From assembly GCF_004010195.1 (NCBI RefSeq), contig NC_057755.1, positions 2,811,498 through 2,875,497 on the forward strand: 64,000 bases of DNA. The letters run 5' to 3'. The stretch is from Chiloscyllium plagiosum. Taxonomy: Eukaryota. Both the position numbers and the translations under genes were made by a program. The notes below the pieces were generated by a model that worked only from the letters and a program-made list of their open reading frames with translations, was not told the DNA's origin and did not search any database. Of the stretch, positions 1-11,452 are shown one piece after another (the first letter of the stretch is position 1; every line of letters begins with the position of its first letter).

Positions 1-1290
1 AGGGAGTGTAACAAACACTACCTCAGACAAACACGCAGGAACCTAGCCATCGGGATACATGAACACCAATGAGCCACAAATAGATAAAAAGATACTCGTG
101 ATAGTGGGTCATATTTTTTGTGGCTTGTTGTTGTTCATGCATCCTGGTAGCTAGTTTTCTGCCTGTTTGTTTGATATAGTTTTTGTTACAGTCCCTGTTG
201 TTCTTGGTTATAAGTTTGCTTGCTGAATTGGAAGGTTTGTTTTCAGATGTTTCGTTACCATTCTGGGTAACTTCATCAGTGAGCCTCAGGTAAAGTGCTG
301 GCGTTATGTCCCACTTTCTATTTATGTATCTTTTTTCTTAGGGCGAGTGCTACCTCTTCCGGTTCATTCCCACAGATGATGGTATATGGACTCCAAGTCG
401 ATGTTTTAATTACTAGAGTTCTGGTTAGAATTCCATGCACCTCAGAATTCTCGTGTATATCACTGTTTAGATTGTCCTCGGATGGATGTGCTGTCGCAGG
501 CAAAATGGTGCCCTGCTTCACCTGTATAAAAAGATACTAGTGATAGTGGGTCATGTCTTTTAGTGGCTAGTTGACGTTCATGTATCTTGGTGGCTAGTTT
601 TCTGCCTGTTTGTCTAATGTAGTTTTTGTTACATTCCCTGCATAGTATTTTGTAAGTTACATTCATTTTGCTTGTTGTTCTGGTTGTAAGTTTGATCGCT
701 GAGCTGGAAGCTTTGTTTTCAGATGTTTCGTCACCATCATCCTTGAGTTTCCAGTGAATCGTTGGTGTTACAACTAACAAAATGAATGCCACTTACAAAT
801 ATCATGCAGGGAGTGTCACAAACACTCCCTCAGACAAACACGCAGGAACCTAGCCATCGGGATACATGAACACCAATGAGCCACAAATAGATATGACGTA
901 CTATCGCTAGTATGTTTTCATACAGGTGAAGCAGGACACCACTTTGACTGGGACAACACATCCATCCTAGTACAAGCTAAACAGAGACACACATTAGAAT
1001 TCCTGGAGGCATGGCATTCTAACTGGAACTCCATCAATTAACACATCGATTTGAACCCCATCTACCATCCTCTAAGAGAAAAAAAGAACCAGGAATGATA
1101 TCACTCATCCTAAGAAACCAAGAAATATAAATAGAAAGTGGGACATAACACCAGCACTTCACCGGACACTCACTGATGATGTTACCATGTATGGTGATAA
1201 AATGTCTGACAACACACCTTATTGCTCAGCGAGCAACCTTAGAACCAGATGCTCAACCTGAGCTACAAATCTTCTGAAAAATTGCTAATT
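1..1290. mobile_element. Cluster of Penelope-like element (PLE) 3' fragments (GIY-YIG endonuclease plus pLTR) in tandem and inverted orientation
   Basis: Minus ORF 460-792 reads NVTYKILCRECNKNYIRQTGRKLATKIHE, a degenerate GIY-YIG motif. A homologous plus-strand copy lies at ~775-1290 and 1-86 repeats 808-893. Hammerhead-like motifs at 243-282 (-) and 1170-1209 (+). Confidence 0.85.
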
Positions 1291-1338
1291 TATTCAATCT
1301 GCAATTTAACACTTTCTGTTCTCTTATTTCTCATGCAG

Positions 1339-2154
1339 TTTTTGATTAGATTAGATTACTTTACAGTGTGGAAACAGGCCCTTCGGCCCAACAAGTCCAC
1401 ACCGACCCGCCGAAGCGCAACCCACCCATACCCCTACATGTACCCCTTACCTCACACTACGGGCAATTTAATTTACTTTCAATTCTGATTCTGTCCCGAG
1501 GAAAGTGCGGCCTCTCAACCTGCACCTGTCTTTACCTGGTAGCCATGGCGATAGCAGATCTATTTGTTATTATCACTGAGGTTATTCTGTGGCAGATTAG
1601 CTCTTATTATTTCCCNNNNNNNNNNNNNNNNNNNNNNNNNNNNNNNNNNNNNNNNNNNNNNNNNNNNNNNNNNNNNNNNNNNNNNNNNNNNNNNNNNNNN
1701 NNNNNNNNNNNNNNNNNNNNNNNNNNNNNNNNNNNNNNNNNNNNNNNNNNNNNNNNNNNNNNNNNNNNNNNNNNNNNNNNNNNNNNNNNNNNNNNNNNNN
1801 NNNNNNNNNNNNNNNNNNNNNNNNNNNNNNNNNNNNNNNNNNNNNNNNNNNNNNNNNNNNNNNNNNNNNNNNNNNNNNNNNNNNNNNNNNNNNNNNNNNN
1901 NNNNNNNNNNNNNNNNNNNNNNNNNNNNNNNNNNNNNNNNNNNNNNNNNNNNNNNNNNNNNNNNNNNNNNNNNNNNNNNNNNNNNNNNNNNNNNNNNNNN
2001 NNNNNNNNNNNNNNNNNNNNNNNNNNNNNNNNNNNNNNNNNNNNNNACATTTGTTTATGTGGCAACTCAATCGAAGTTCAGAGAGCAAGTCAGGGAGATG
2101 ATGAAATATCCTGTCACATTGATTATCGAATTAATAAATAAACAAAAGAACTGA
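1339..2154 (+). pseudogene. GPR139/GPR142-like GPCR long exon, interrupted by a SINE fragment and partly hidden by an N gap
   Basis: Acceptor ttctcatgcAG at 1337-1338. NLLSILILSRGKCGLSTCTCLYLVAMAIADLFVIITEVIL starts at 1470, and C-terminal TFVYVATQSKFREQVREMMKYPV...KN* runs 2047-2154. Both match the paralogs at 53167 and 62595. The insert carries an in-frame TAG at 1347-1349. Confidence 0.85.
1341..1469 (-). mobile_element. 5'-truncated HE1-type SINE (3' tail only)
   Basis: Near-identical to the 3' part of the full SINE at 54203-54514, including the (GATTA)n tail. Confidence 0.9.
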
Positions 2155-2249
2155 GAGTACTGTCGAGGCATGTCCCAGTATTTACTGTCATGAATGAAAA
2201 CAAAATCACCACAGCTATTGGTGAATAGCTGGAACCCAAACTGTGATCC

Positions 2250-2560
2250 TTATTGAACCACACTCATCAGTACCTTCCACTCCAAAAAATACACATTCTG
2301 CTTTCTGTTTGTTAATGAATTCTCAGTCCAGGTCAGTATAATACCCCAATCCCACTTGCTTTGATTTTGCAAAACTAATTTGCTTTCTGGGACACTACCT
2401 AAACATTTCTGAAAACCCAAATGCATTACATCGACTTGATGTTCCTTATCTATTCTGAGTTTATCTTCAAGGAATTCCCATATGTTTGTAAAACACGATT
2501 TCTCTTTCATCAATCCATGTTGACTTTGTGAAATCCCATATCCACATCCTTCAATATGAA
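2250..2560 (-). mobile_element. Degraded CR1 LINE reverse-transcriptase fragment
   Basis: ORF 2250-2513 (KSCFTNIWEFLED...VDVMHLGFQKC) resembles CR1 RT (SCLTNLLEFFE...VDVVYLDFQKAFD). Confidence 0.75.
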
Positions 2561-2954
2561 CTCTTACATTTTCTCAATGACTGCGATTAAGCCAATCTGC
2601 TTAATCTTTGAATCCGACAGGAAAAACACATCACTAATAAAGGCCATCTTTGCACCTTAATCTACAGAAACAGAAAATGGCACAGTTTTACAGCTCCAAA
2701 CTATTTTAGGTCTTTAAAGTTTAAACAAGGGACAGATTGCAATAAAAACATATAATCAAAACACATCGCCTCACCTCAGTAAGGTAGATACTCAAGACAA
2801 ACACAAATAAGGTTACGTCTCAAAAACTAACCACTTAGCCATTCATCTGCTGTCAGCACCCTCATACAAATTTCTCTAAGTTCAGCTGTGAATTTCACTG
2901 TTTCTCTTTCTTGGATGAGATTTTGAAACCAAAGAGCAGAAGCAGTTAGGTCCC

Positions 2955-4700
2955 CAGGGTCACTACTGGGTCACACAGCTGTGCAGGGTCACGGCTGGCT
3001 CACACAGTTGTGCAGGGTCACTGTAGTGTCACACAGCTGTCTAGGGTCGCTGCTGGGTCAAACCGCTGCTCAGCGTCACTGCTTGGCCACACAATTGTGC
3101 AGGGTCGCTGCTGGGTCACACAGCTCTACAGGATCACTGCTGGGTCACATGGCTGTGCAGGGTCACTGATGGGTCACACTGCTGTACAGGATCACTGCTG
3201 GCTCACACAGCGGTGCAAGGTTACACGGCTGTGCAGGGTCACTGCTTGGTCACACAGCTGTACAGGATCACTGTTGGGTCACATGGCTGTGCAGGGTCAC
3301 TGCTTGGTCACATGGCTGTGCAGGGTCACTGCTTGGTCACACACCTGTATAGGATCACTGCTTGGTCACATGGCTGTGTAGGGTCACTGCTTGGTCACAC
3401 AGCTGTGCAGGATCGCTGCTTGGCCACACAGCTGTACCGGATCACACCTTGATCACATGGCTGTACAGGATCACTGCTGGGTCACATGGCTGCGCAGGGT
3501 CACTGCTTAGTCATATGGCTGTACAGGATCACTGTTGGGTCACATGGCTGTGCAGAGTCACTGATGGGTCACACAGCTGTACAGGATCCCTGCTTGGTCA
3601 CATGGCTGTGCAGGGTCACTGCCTGGTCACACAGCTGTACAGGATCACACCTTGGTCACATGGCTGTACAGGATCACTGCTGGGTCACATGGCTGTGCAG
3701 GGTCACTGCTTCGTCACACAGCTGTGCAGGGTCCCTGCTTGGTCACATGGCTGTGTAGGGTCACTGCTTGGTTACACAGCTGTACAGGATCGCTGCTGGA
3801 TCACATGGCTGTGCAGGGTCACTGCTTGGTCACACAGCTGTACAGGATCACTGCCAGATCACACAGCTGTGCAGGGTTACACGGCTGTGCAGGGTCACTG
3901 CTGGGTCACACAGCTGTACAGGATCACTGCTTGGTCACACGGCTGTACAGGGTCACTGCTTGGTTACAGCTGAGCAGGGTCACTGCTTGGTTACACAGCT
4001 GTACAGGATCGCTGCTGGATCACATGGCTGTGCAGGATCACTGCTTAGTCACACAACTATGCAGGATTACTGCTTGGTCACACAGCTGTACAGGATCGCT
4101 GCTTGTTCACATGGCTGTGCAGGGTCACTGCTTGGTTACAGCTGAGAAGGGTCACTGCTTGGTTACACAGCTGTACAGGATCGCTGCTGGATCACATGGC
4201 TGTACAGGATCACTTCTTAGTCACACAACTGTGCAGGATCACTGCTGGGTCACACAGCTGTACAGGATCACTGCTTGGTCATATGGCTGTGCAGGGTTAC
4301 TGCTGGGTCACACAGCTGTGCAGGGTCACTGCTTGGCCACAGCTGTACAGGATCACTGCTTGGCCACACAGATGTGCAGTGTCACTGCTTGGCCACAGCT
4401 GTCCATTGTCACTGCTTGGCCACAGCTGTGCAGGATCACTGCTGGGTCACACAGCTGTGCAGGGTCACTGCTTGGTCACATGACTGTGCAGGGTCACAGC
4501 TGCGTCACACAGCTGTGCAGGGTCACTGCTTGGTCACATGGTTGTATAGGATCACTGCTTGGTCACACAGCTGTGCAGGGTCACTGCTCGGTCACACAGC
4601 TGTGCAGGCTCTCTGTAGGGTCATACAGCTGTGCAGGTTCTCTGTTGGGTCACTCAGCTTTGCACGTTCAATGTTCTGTCGGACAGCTATGTAGGTTATG
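2955..4700. repeat. 29-bp minisatellite, consensus GGGTCACTGCTTGGTCACACAGCTGTGCA, about 60 units with some shorter variant units
   Basis: Direct tandem repetition is visible. The periodic ORFs in all three plus frames are by-products. Confidence 0.97.
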
Positions 4701-6270
4701 TCAGACAGACTGCTGGGTCAATTGTTTTGTTTGGTCCATTAAAAGCGCAATCAAGTTTGTGAGACACTATTTTCCTCACACAAAATCATGCTCACTATTC
4801 ATAATCAATCCTTGAATCTCCAAATATACATGAATCCCATCCTTCAGAATCATTTCCAACAACTTAACTACATTCGATGCCAGACTCACTAGTCTATATT
4901 TCCCAGCCTACTTGTTACATCACTTTATAAACTATGGCATAATGTTAGCCAGCTTCCAGTCTTCTGGTTCTTGGTCCATGATGATACATATATTTCTGCT
5001 CATGCCCTTGCAATTTTCTCCATAACTTCCCACAGCGTCCTGGGACACATCTGATCAACTCCTGGAGCTTCATCTACCTTTATGTTTTCTAAGACCTCCA
5101 GCACTACCTCTTCTGTGATATGAACTGTTCTCAAAAATTCAATATTTATTTACCTGGGTACTTTTGCCTCCATTTCTTTCTCAACAGTGAAAAGTGTTAT
5201 TCATGTTTAAGTGAATTATTCATTTAATATCTCTCCCATCTCCTGAGGTTCAACACAAAGTTGACTTGTTGATCTTTAAGAGTTCCTGCTCTAGTTGCCC
5301 TCGTGTGATTAATGTATTTGTAAAATAATTTTCAATTACCTTTATCCTGTTTTACCAAGGCTATATGATATTTCCTCTTTACCTTCCTAATTTGCTTCTT
5401 AAGAATGTCCCTATACGCTTTTACCCTTCAAGAGATTCAGGTAATCCCAATTATCTAATACATAATGATTTTTTATTCTTGACTAGAAATTTAACACTTT
5501 AATTCATCCATTGTTCCCTAACCTTACCAGCCTTACCTTTTGAAGCCCTCCTACTTGTCAGTCATCTCCTTACTTGCAGTCTTCTAAAATCAACTTTTGA
5601 AAGTTCTTGTTTCATATCCTTAAAATTTGTCTTACTTCAATTTGGAACTTCAACTTACATGGAAAACGTATGCTTTTTCCATAACTATATTGCAAATAAT
5701 AGTATTCTGATCACCAGTCACAAAGTGTTCCCAGACTAACACTGCAGTCACTTGCCTTGTTTCTCGTAGGATCATTCACATAGTGAAAAAGAAAAAAATC
5801 CTGAATGCATTCAACAAATTCTTCACCATCAAACTTTAACACTGTAACAGTTCCAGTCAACGTTTAGAAATTTAAAATCCCATATTATGGCCTTATTGTT
5901 ACTCATATTTAAGATCTCTATATGTTTATTTCTCAAATTTCCCTCTGACTATTGGAGAGCCTATAATACAATCCCATCAAGGTTATCATTCCATTCTTAT
6001 TTATAATTCCAGCCCACACATTTTCACTAAATTATCTCTCAGAAATATCTTCCTGAATTACAGTAGTAATGTTTTCCATAATCAAAAATATCACACCCGT
6101 TCTCTCTTGCTTCTCTTTCTATCATTCCGATAACACCTAAAACCCAGAACATTGAGCTGCCAGTACAGCCCTTCTCTCAGCCCAAGTTTCTGTAATAGCT
6201 GCACCATCCCAGTCCCATGCTCCCATACAGACCCTCATTACATCAGCCTTACTTGTAAGACCTTTTGCAT
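4700..6270 (-). mobile_element. Old, degraded CR1 ORF2 fragment (endonuclease to RT)
   Basis: The reverse complement resembles CR1 ORF2 seen elsewhere in the window (PGxDxxxPR, EDWK, SDxN-like segments). No long ORF remains. Confidence 0.6.
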
Positions 6271-6369
6271 AGAATTAAATGTAGTTTGATTCTTTCAGAA
6301 CCATCCTCATACAGCCATCGAATTAAATGTAGTTTGATTCTTTCAGAACCATCCTCATAGAGCCATCGA

Positions 6370-7700
6370 TTTCTCCAGCATGGAGTCAGGTCTTTCGGCT
6401 CAAATTAGTCCATGCCGACCGAAATGTCCAACCAGGGTAACTCCATTTCCATGCACTTGGCCCATGCACTTCTAAACCTTTCCTGTCCGTGTATTTGTCC
6501 AAATGCCTTTTGAATGTTGTTAATGTACCCACCTTAACCACTTTCTCTGGCAACACATTCCATATGCACCACTCCCTTTGTAAAAAAAAAACCTGGTCCT
6601 CAGGTTCCCTTTTATTCTCGTGTTTAACCTTAAATTGATGTCCTCTAGTCCTCGATTCCCCAACCCTGGGAAAACGACTGAGTGCATTCATCCTATCCAT
6701 GCCTTTCATGATCTTGTCGACTTCTATAAGATCCACCCTCAGTCTCCGAAACACTAAAGAAACAAGTCCTAGCTTGTCCAAACTCTCCTTATAACTCAGT
6801 CCCGAGAGTCCTGGCAACATTGTTGTAAATTTCTTCTGCACTCTTTCCAGTTTAATAACATCCTTCCTCCAGCAATATAACTAAAACTGATCACAATACT
6901 TCAAGTGCGGCTTCACCAAAGTCCTGTTTAACTGCAACGTAACTTCCCAACTTCGAAACTCAATGCTCTGACTGATGAAGGTCAGTGTGCCAAAAGCCTT
7001 TTTCACTCGCCTTTCGACCTTTGACTCCACTTTCTGAGAACCTTGCACCTGAACTCCAAGGTCCGGTTGTTCCACTACACTCCTTAAGGAGCTACCATTC
7101 ACCATGAAACGCCTACCTTGATGTGACTTTACAAAATCCAATACCTCACACTTATTTATATTAAATTGCATCTGCCATTTCTCAATCCATTTCCCCAACA
7201 GATCAAGATCCTGCTGCATTGTTTGATAAACTTGCTCACTGTCCATGATAGCGCTTAATTTACTGTCATCTGCAAACTTACTAATCATGCCTTGTACATT
7301 CTCATCCAAATCACTGATATTGATAATAAACAGCAATGGGCCCAGCACTGACCGCTGAGGCACTCCACTAGTCACAAGCCTCCAATCAGGAAAGCGTCCT
7401 TCCACTATTACACTCGGATTCCTACTATCAAGCCAATTGTGTATCCAATTTTACAGGTCCCCTGGATTCCATGCGATCCATCCTTCCAGAGCAGCCTATC
7501 ATGTGAAACCTTACCCAATGCCTCACTGAAATCCATATAGACTACGTCTACTGCCCTGCCCTCATCAACCATCCTGGTTACTTCACCAAAGAACTCTAAC
7601 AAATTTGTTCGGCATGATCTCCCTCACAAAAAGCCAGACTGACTACTACGAATCAAACCCCTGTCTTTCCAAATGCATCGATGTTTTATCTCTCAGAATC
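6370..7700 (-). mobile_element. CR1 LINE 3' portion (RT domain and 3' tail)
   Basis: ORFs 7408-7602 (VDVVYMDFS), 6881-7405 (SGVPQRSVLGPLLF, SKFADD) and 6386-6841 (C-terminal CR1 region). Confidence 0.93.
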
Positions 7701-7939
7701 CCTCATCTCTCTTTTTATTTTCACTGTTACTTTGGAAGCTCCCCTCCAAAAAAACAGTTTATAGGCTCTCAAAATCGAACTAACAAATCTCCACATCAGA
7801 ACATTGGTCCCATTTCAGTTCAGGTGCAACCTATCCTTCCTTGAACAGGCTATTTCTGTCCCAGAAAAGATCCCAATGATCCAAGAAGCTGAATCTCTGC
7901 ACACTGCACAACCTCTTCAGCCAATGATTTATCTGAGTC

Positions 7940-8170
7940 TAGATTAGAGTGGTGCTGGAAATGCACATCAGGTCAGGCAGCATCCAAGGAGCAGGAAAAT
8001 TGACATTTCGGGCAAAAGCCCTACATCAGGCATAGAGACAGGGTGCCTGCAGAGTGGAGAGATAAATGAGACGGGGGTGGGGGTGGGGAGAAAGTAGCAT
8101 AGAGTATAATAGTTGAGTGGGGGTGGGGATGGAGGCGATAGGACAGAGAGGAGGGTGGGGGAAGGTAGCA
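7940..8170 (-). mobile_element. PLE-derived 3' fragment with degenerate hammerhead motif
   Basis: Minus strand 8030-8001 reads CCTGATGTAGGGCTTTTGCCCGAAATGTCA, followed by GATGCTGCCTGACCTG, a tail resembling the PLE ends near 32160 and 33900. Confidence 0.7.
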
Positions 8171-8840
8171 AAGAGTAGTTGTCCCAGAGTTGGTTTTAGT
8201 GGAGATTATAGGGGTCTCACCTTTCAGCTGCAGAGTCATCAGACAACCCTCTTTTGGGAAAGTTACCAATGCTGCCTCTAATCTGCAGAACTGTATAGCC
8301 ACTNNNNNNNNNNNNNNNNNNNNNNNNNNNNNNNNNNNNNNNNNNNNNNNNNNNNNNNNNNNNNNNNNNNNNNNNNNNNNNNNNNNNNNNNNNNNNNNNN
8401 NNNNNNNNNNNNNNNNNNNNNNNNNNNNNNNNNNNNNNNNNNNNNNNNNNNNNNNNNNNNNNNNNNNNNNNNNNNNNNNNNNNNNNNNNNNNNNNNNNNN
8501 NNNNNNNNNNNNNNNNNNNNNNNNNNNNNNNNNNNNNNNNNNNNNNNNNNNNNNNNNNNNNNNNNNNNNNNNNNNNNNNNNNNNNNNNNNNNNNNNNNNN
8601 NNNNNNNNNNNNNNNNNNNNNNNNNNNNNNNNNNNNNNNNNNNNNNNNNNNNNNNNNNNNNNNNNNNNNNNNNNNNNNNNNNNNNNNNNNNNNNNNNNNN
8701 NNNNNNNNNNNNNNNNNNNNNNNNNNNNNNNNNNNNNNNNNNNNNNNNNNNNNNNNNNNNNNNNNNNNNNNNNNNNNNNNNNNNNNNNNNNNNNNNNNNN
8801 NNNTTCAATCAACCATGAGATAGGGCTGAAAATGATCAGT

Positions 8841-9110
8841 TGTTATGACACGGGGTAAACCCCTCTGCAAATTTAAACCCAACACACAGAAGCTGACCTT
8901 GTGCCATAAATTGTTACATTTCGGGAGGCAAAGAATTATCCCAGATGTGACTATTTAAAGTAAAAACTAACAATTTTATTATTTAAGTCCCACAGCGAAT
9001 ATTAAAACAACAGCTATTGACAACTCCTTTATTTTAAATCTATCTTTTACCTCCCACTCTACAATGCTGATCCAATTTTTTAAAAAAATAAGATTTGGAG
9101 AGATAGTTAG
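8841..9110 (-). mobile_element. Partial LTR related to the LTR at 14036-14761
   Basis: TGTTATGACACGGGGTAAACCCC... aligns with TGGTATGGTATGGGGTAAACCCC... at 14036 and 12505. It is cut off by the CR1 at ~9115. Confidence 0.7.
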
Positions 9111-9114
9111 AAGC

Positions 9115-11452
9115 AATGATGAATTTGCAACATCAACAGTATGTGATGGATGGCAGCTTTTGGAAGGGGGGGAAGTCTCAGATACAGTCACGTAGATGGG
9201 TTAACTCCAGGAACGGTAAGAGAGGCAGGGAGCTATTGCAGGAGTCTTTTGTGGATCTCCCCATTTCAAGCAGGTATGCTGCTTTGGAAAACGTAGTGGG
9301 TGATAAATTCTCAGGGGAACACAGAACGAACAGCCAAGTTTCTGGTATTGAGTCTGGCTCTAATGGAATGAGGGGTACGTCGGGATCCAATTGTAATAGG
9401 GGATTCTCTAGATCGAGGTGCAAGCAGATCTTTCTGTGGTCAGCAGCGTAAAAGCAGAATGGCATGCTGCTTCCCTGGTGCCAGGATCAAGGATGTCTCA
9501 GAGAGGGTGCAGAATGTTCTCACGCGGGAGAGGGGCCAGCAAGAGGTCATTGTCCACATTGGAACCAACGACATAGGAAGGGAAAAGGTTGAGATTCTGA
9601 AGGGAGATTACAGAGAGTTAGGCAGAAATTTGAAAAGCAGGTCCTCGGGAGTAGTAATATTTGGATTACTCCCGTTGCGACGAGCCAGTGAGGGCAGGAA
9701 TAGGAGGATAGAGCAGATGAATGCAAGGCTGAAGAGCTGGTGTGTGGGGAACGATTCACATTTTTGGATCATTGCAATCTCTTTTAGGGTAGCAGTGATC
9801 TGTACAATACAGATGGATTGAACCTAAATTGGAAGGGGACCTATATATTGGCAGGGAGATTTGCTAGAGCTGCTCTGGAAGATTTAAACTAATAAGGTAA
9901 TGTGGGGTGGAGGGGTGTGGACCCAGGGAGCTGCTGATGAAAGAGATCAATCTGATACTGGTACAGTTGAGAACAGAAGCGAGTCAAACAGTCAGGGCAG
10001 GCAGGGACAAGGGAGGAGTGATAAATTAAACTGCATTTATTTCAAAGTAAGGGGCCTAACAGAGAAGGAAGATGAACTCAGGGCATGGTTAGGAACATGG
10101 GACTGGGATATCATAGCAATTACAGAAACATGGTTCAGGGAAGGGCAGGACGGGCAGCATAGTGTTCCAGGATACAAATGCTACAGGAAGGACAGAAAGG
10201 GAGACAAGAGAGGAGAGGGAATGGCATTTTTGTTAAGGGATAGCATTGCAGCTGTGCTGAGGGCGGATATTCCCGGAAATACATCCAGGGACGTTATTTG
10301 GATGGAACTGAGAAATAAGAAAGGATTGATGACATTACTGGGATTGGATTATAGACATCCTAATACTCAGAGGGAAATTGAGAATAAACTTGAAAGGAGA
10401 TCTCAGCTATCTGGAAGAAAATTAGGGTAGTTATGGTAGGGGATTTTAATTTACCAAACATAGACTGGGATTGCCATAGTGTTAAAGGTTTAGATGGAGA
10501 GGAATTTGTTATGTGTGTACAAGACACTTTTCTGATTCACTATGTGGATGTACCTGCTAGAGAAGTTGAAAAACTTTACTCCCTCTTGGGAAATAAGGCA
10601 GGGCAGGTGAGTGAGGTGCCAGTGGGGGAGCACTTTGGGGCTAGTGACCATAATTCTATTAGATTTAAAATAATAATGGAAAAGGATAGACCAGATCTAA
10701 AAGGTGAAGTTCTAAATTGGAGAAAGGCCAATGTTGACGCTATTAGGCAAGAACTTTCTAAAGCTGATTGGGGGCAGATGTTTGCAGGCGAAGGAACGGC
10801 TGGAAAATGCAAAGTCTTTAGAAATAACATAGTGAGAATGCAGAGAAAGTATATTCATTTAAGAGTGAAAGGAAAGGCTGGTAGGTATAGGGAAATTGAG
10901 GGTTTGAATAAGAAACGAAAGGAAGCATATGTAAGGTATAGACCGGATAGATGGAGTGAATCCTTAGAAAAGTATAAAGGAAGTAAGAGTATACTTAAGA
11001 GGGAAATCATGCGGGCAAAAAGGGGACATGAGATAGCTTTGGCAAATTGAATTCAGGGGAATCCAAAGAGTTTTTGCAAATACATTAAGGACAGAAGGGT
11101 AACAAGGGAGAGAATAGGGCCCAGCAAAGATCAGCCAGGCGGCCTTTCTGTGGAGCCGCAGGAAATGGCAGAGATACTAAATGAGAATTTTGCATCAGTA
11201 TTTACTGTGGAAAAGGACATGGAAGATATAGACTGTAGGGAATAGACGGAGACATCTTGCAAAATATCCATATTGCAGAGGAGGAAGTGCTGGATGTCTT
11301 GAAACGCATAAACTTGGATAAATCCCCAGGATCTGATCAGGTGTACCCTAGAACTCTGTTGGAAGCTGGAGAAGTGATTGCTGGGCCTCTAGCTGAGATA
11401 TTTGTATCATCAATAGTCACAGGTGAGGTGCTGGAATACTGGAGGTTGGCTA
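9115..11452 (+). mobile_element. CR1 LINE fragment: ORF1 SGNH esterase and ORF2 APE endonuclease, 3'-truncated
   Basis: CCFPGARIKDV...VIVHIGTNDIG (9459-9821), WDIIAITETW, VGDFNLP, GASDHNSI and KSPGSDQVYPR, with multiple stops and frameshifts. Confidence 0.93.

Noticed and set aside
2955..4700. CRISPR-like repeat array
   Set aside because: There are no unique spacers and no cas genes, and the context is vertebrate.
2981..4815. Long Cys/His-rich ORFs up to 387 aa
   Set aside because: They are translations of the 29-bp minisatellite. The same peptides recur in all three frames.
6272..6370. 48-bp tandem duplication at a CR1 3' end
   Set aside because: A small local slippage or junction duplication with no further structure.
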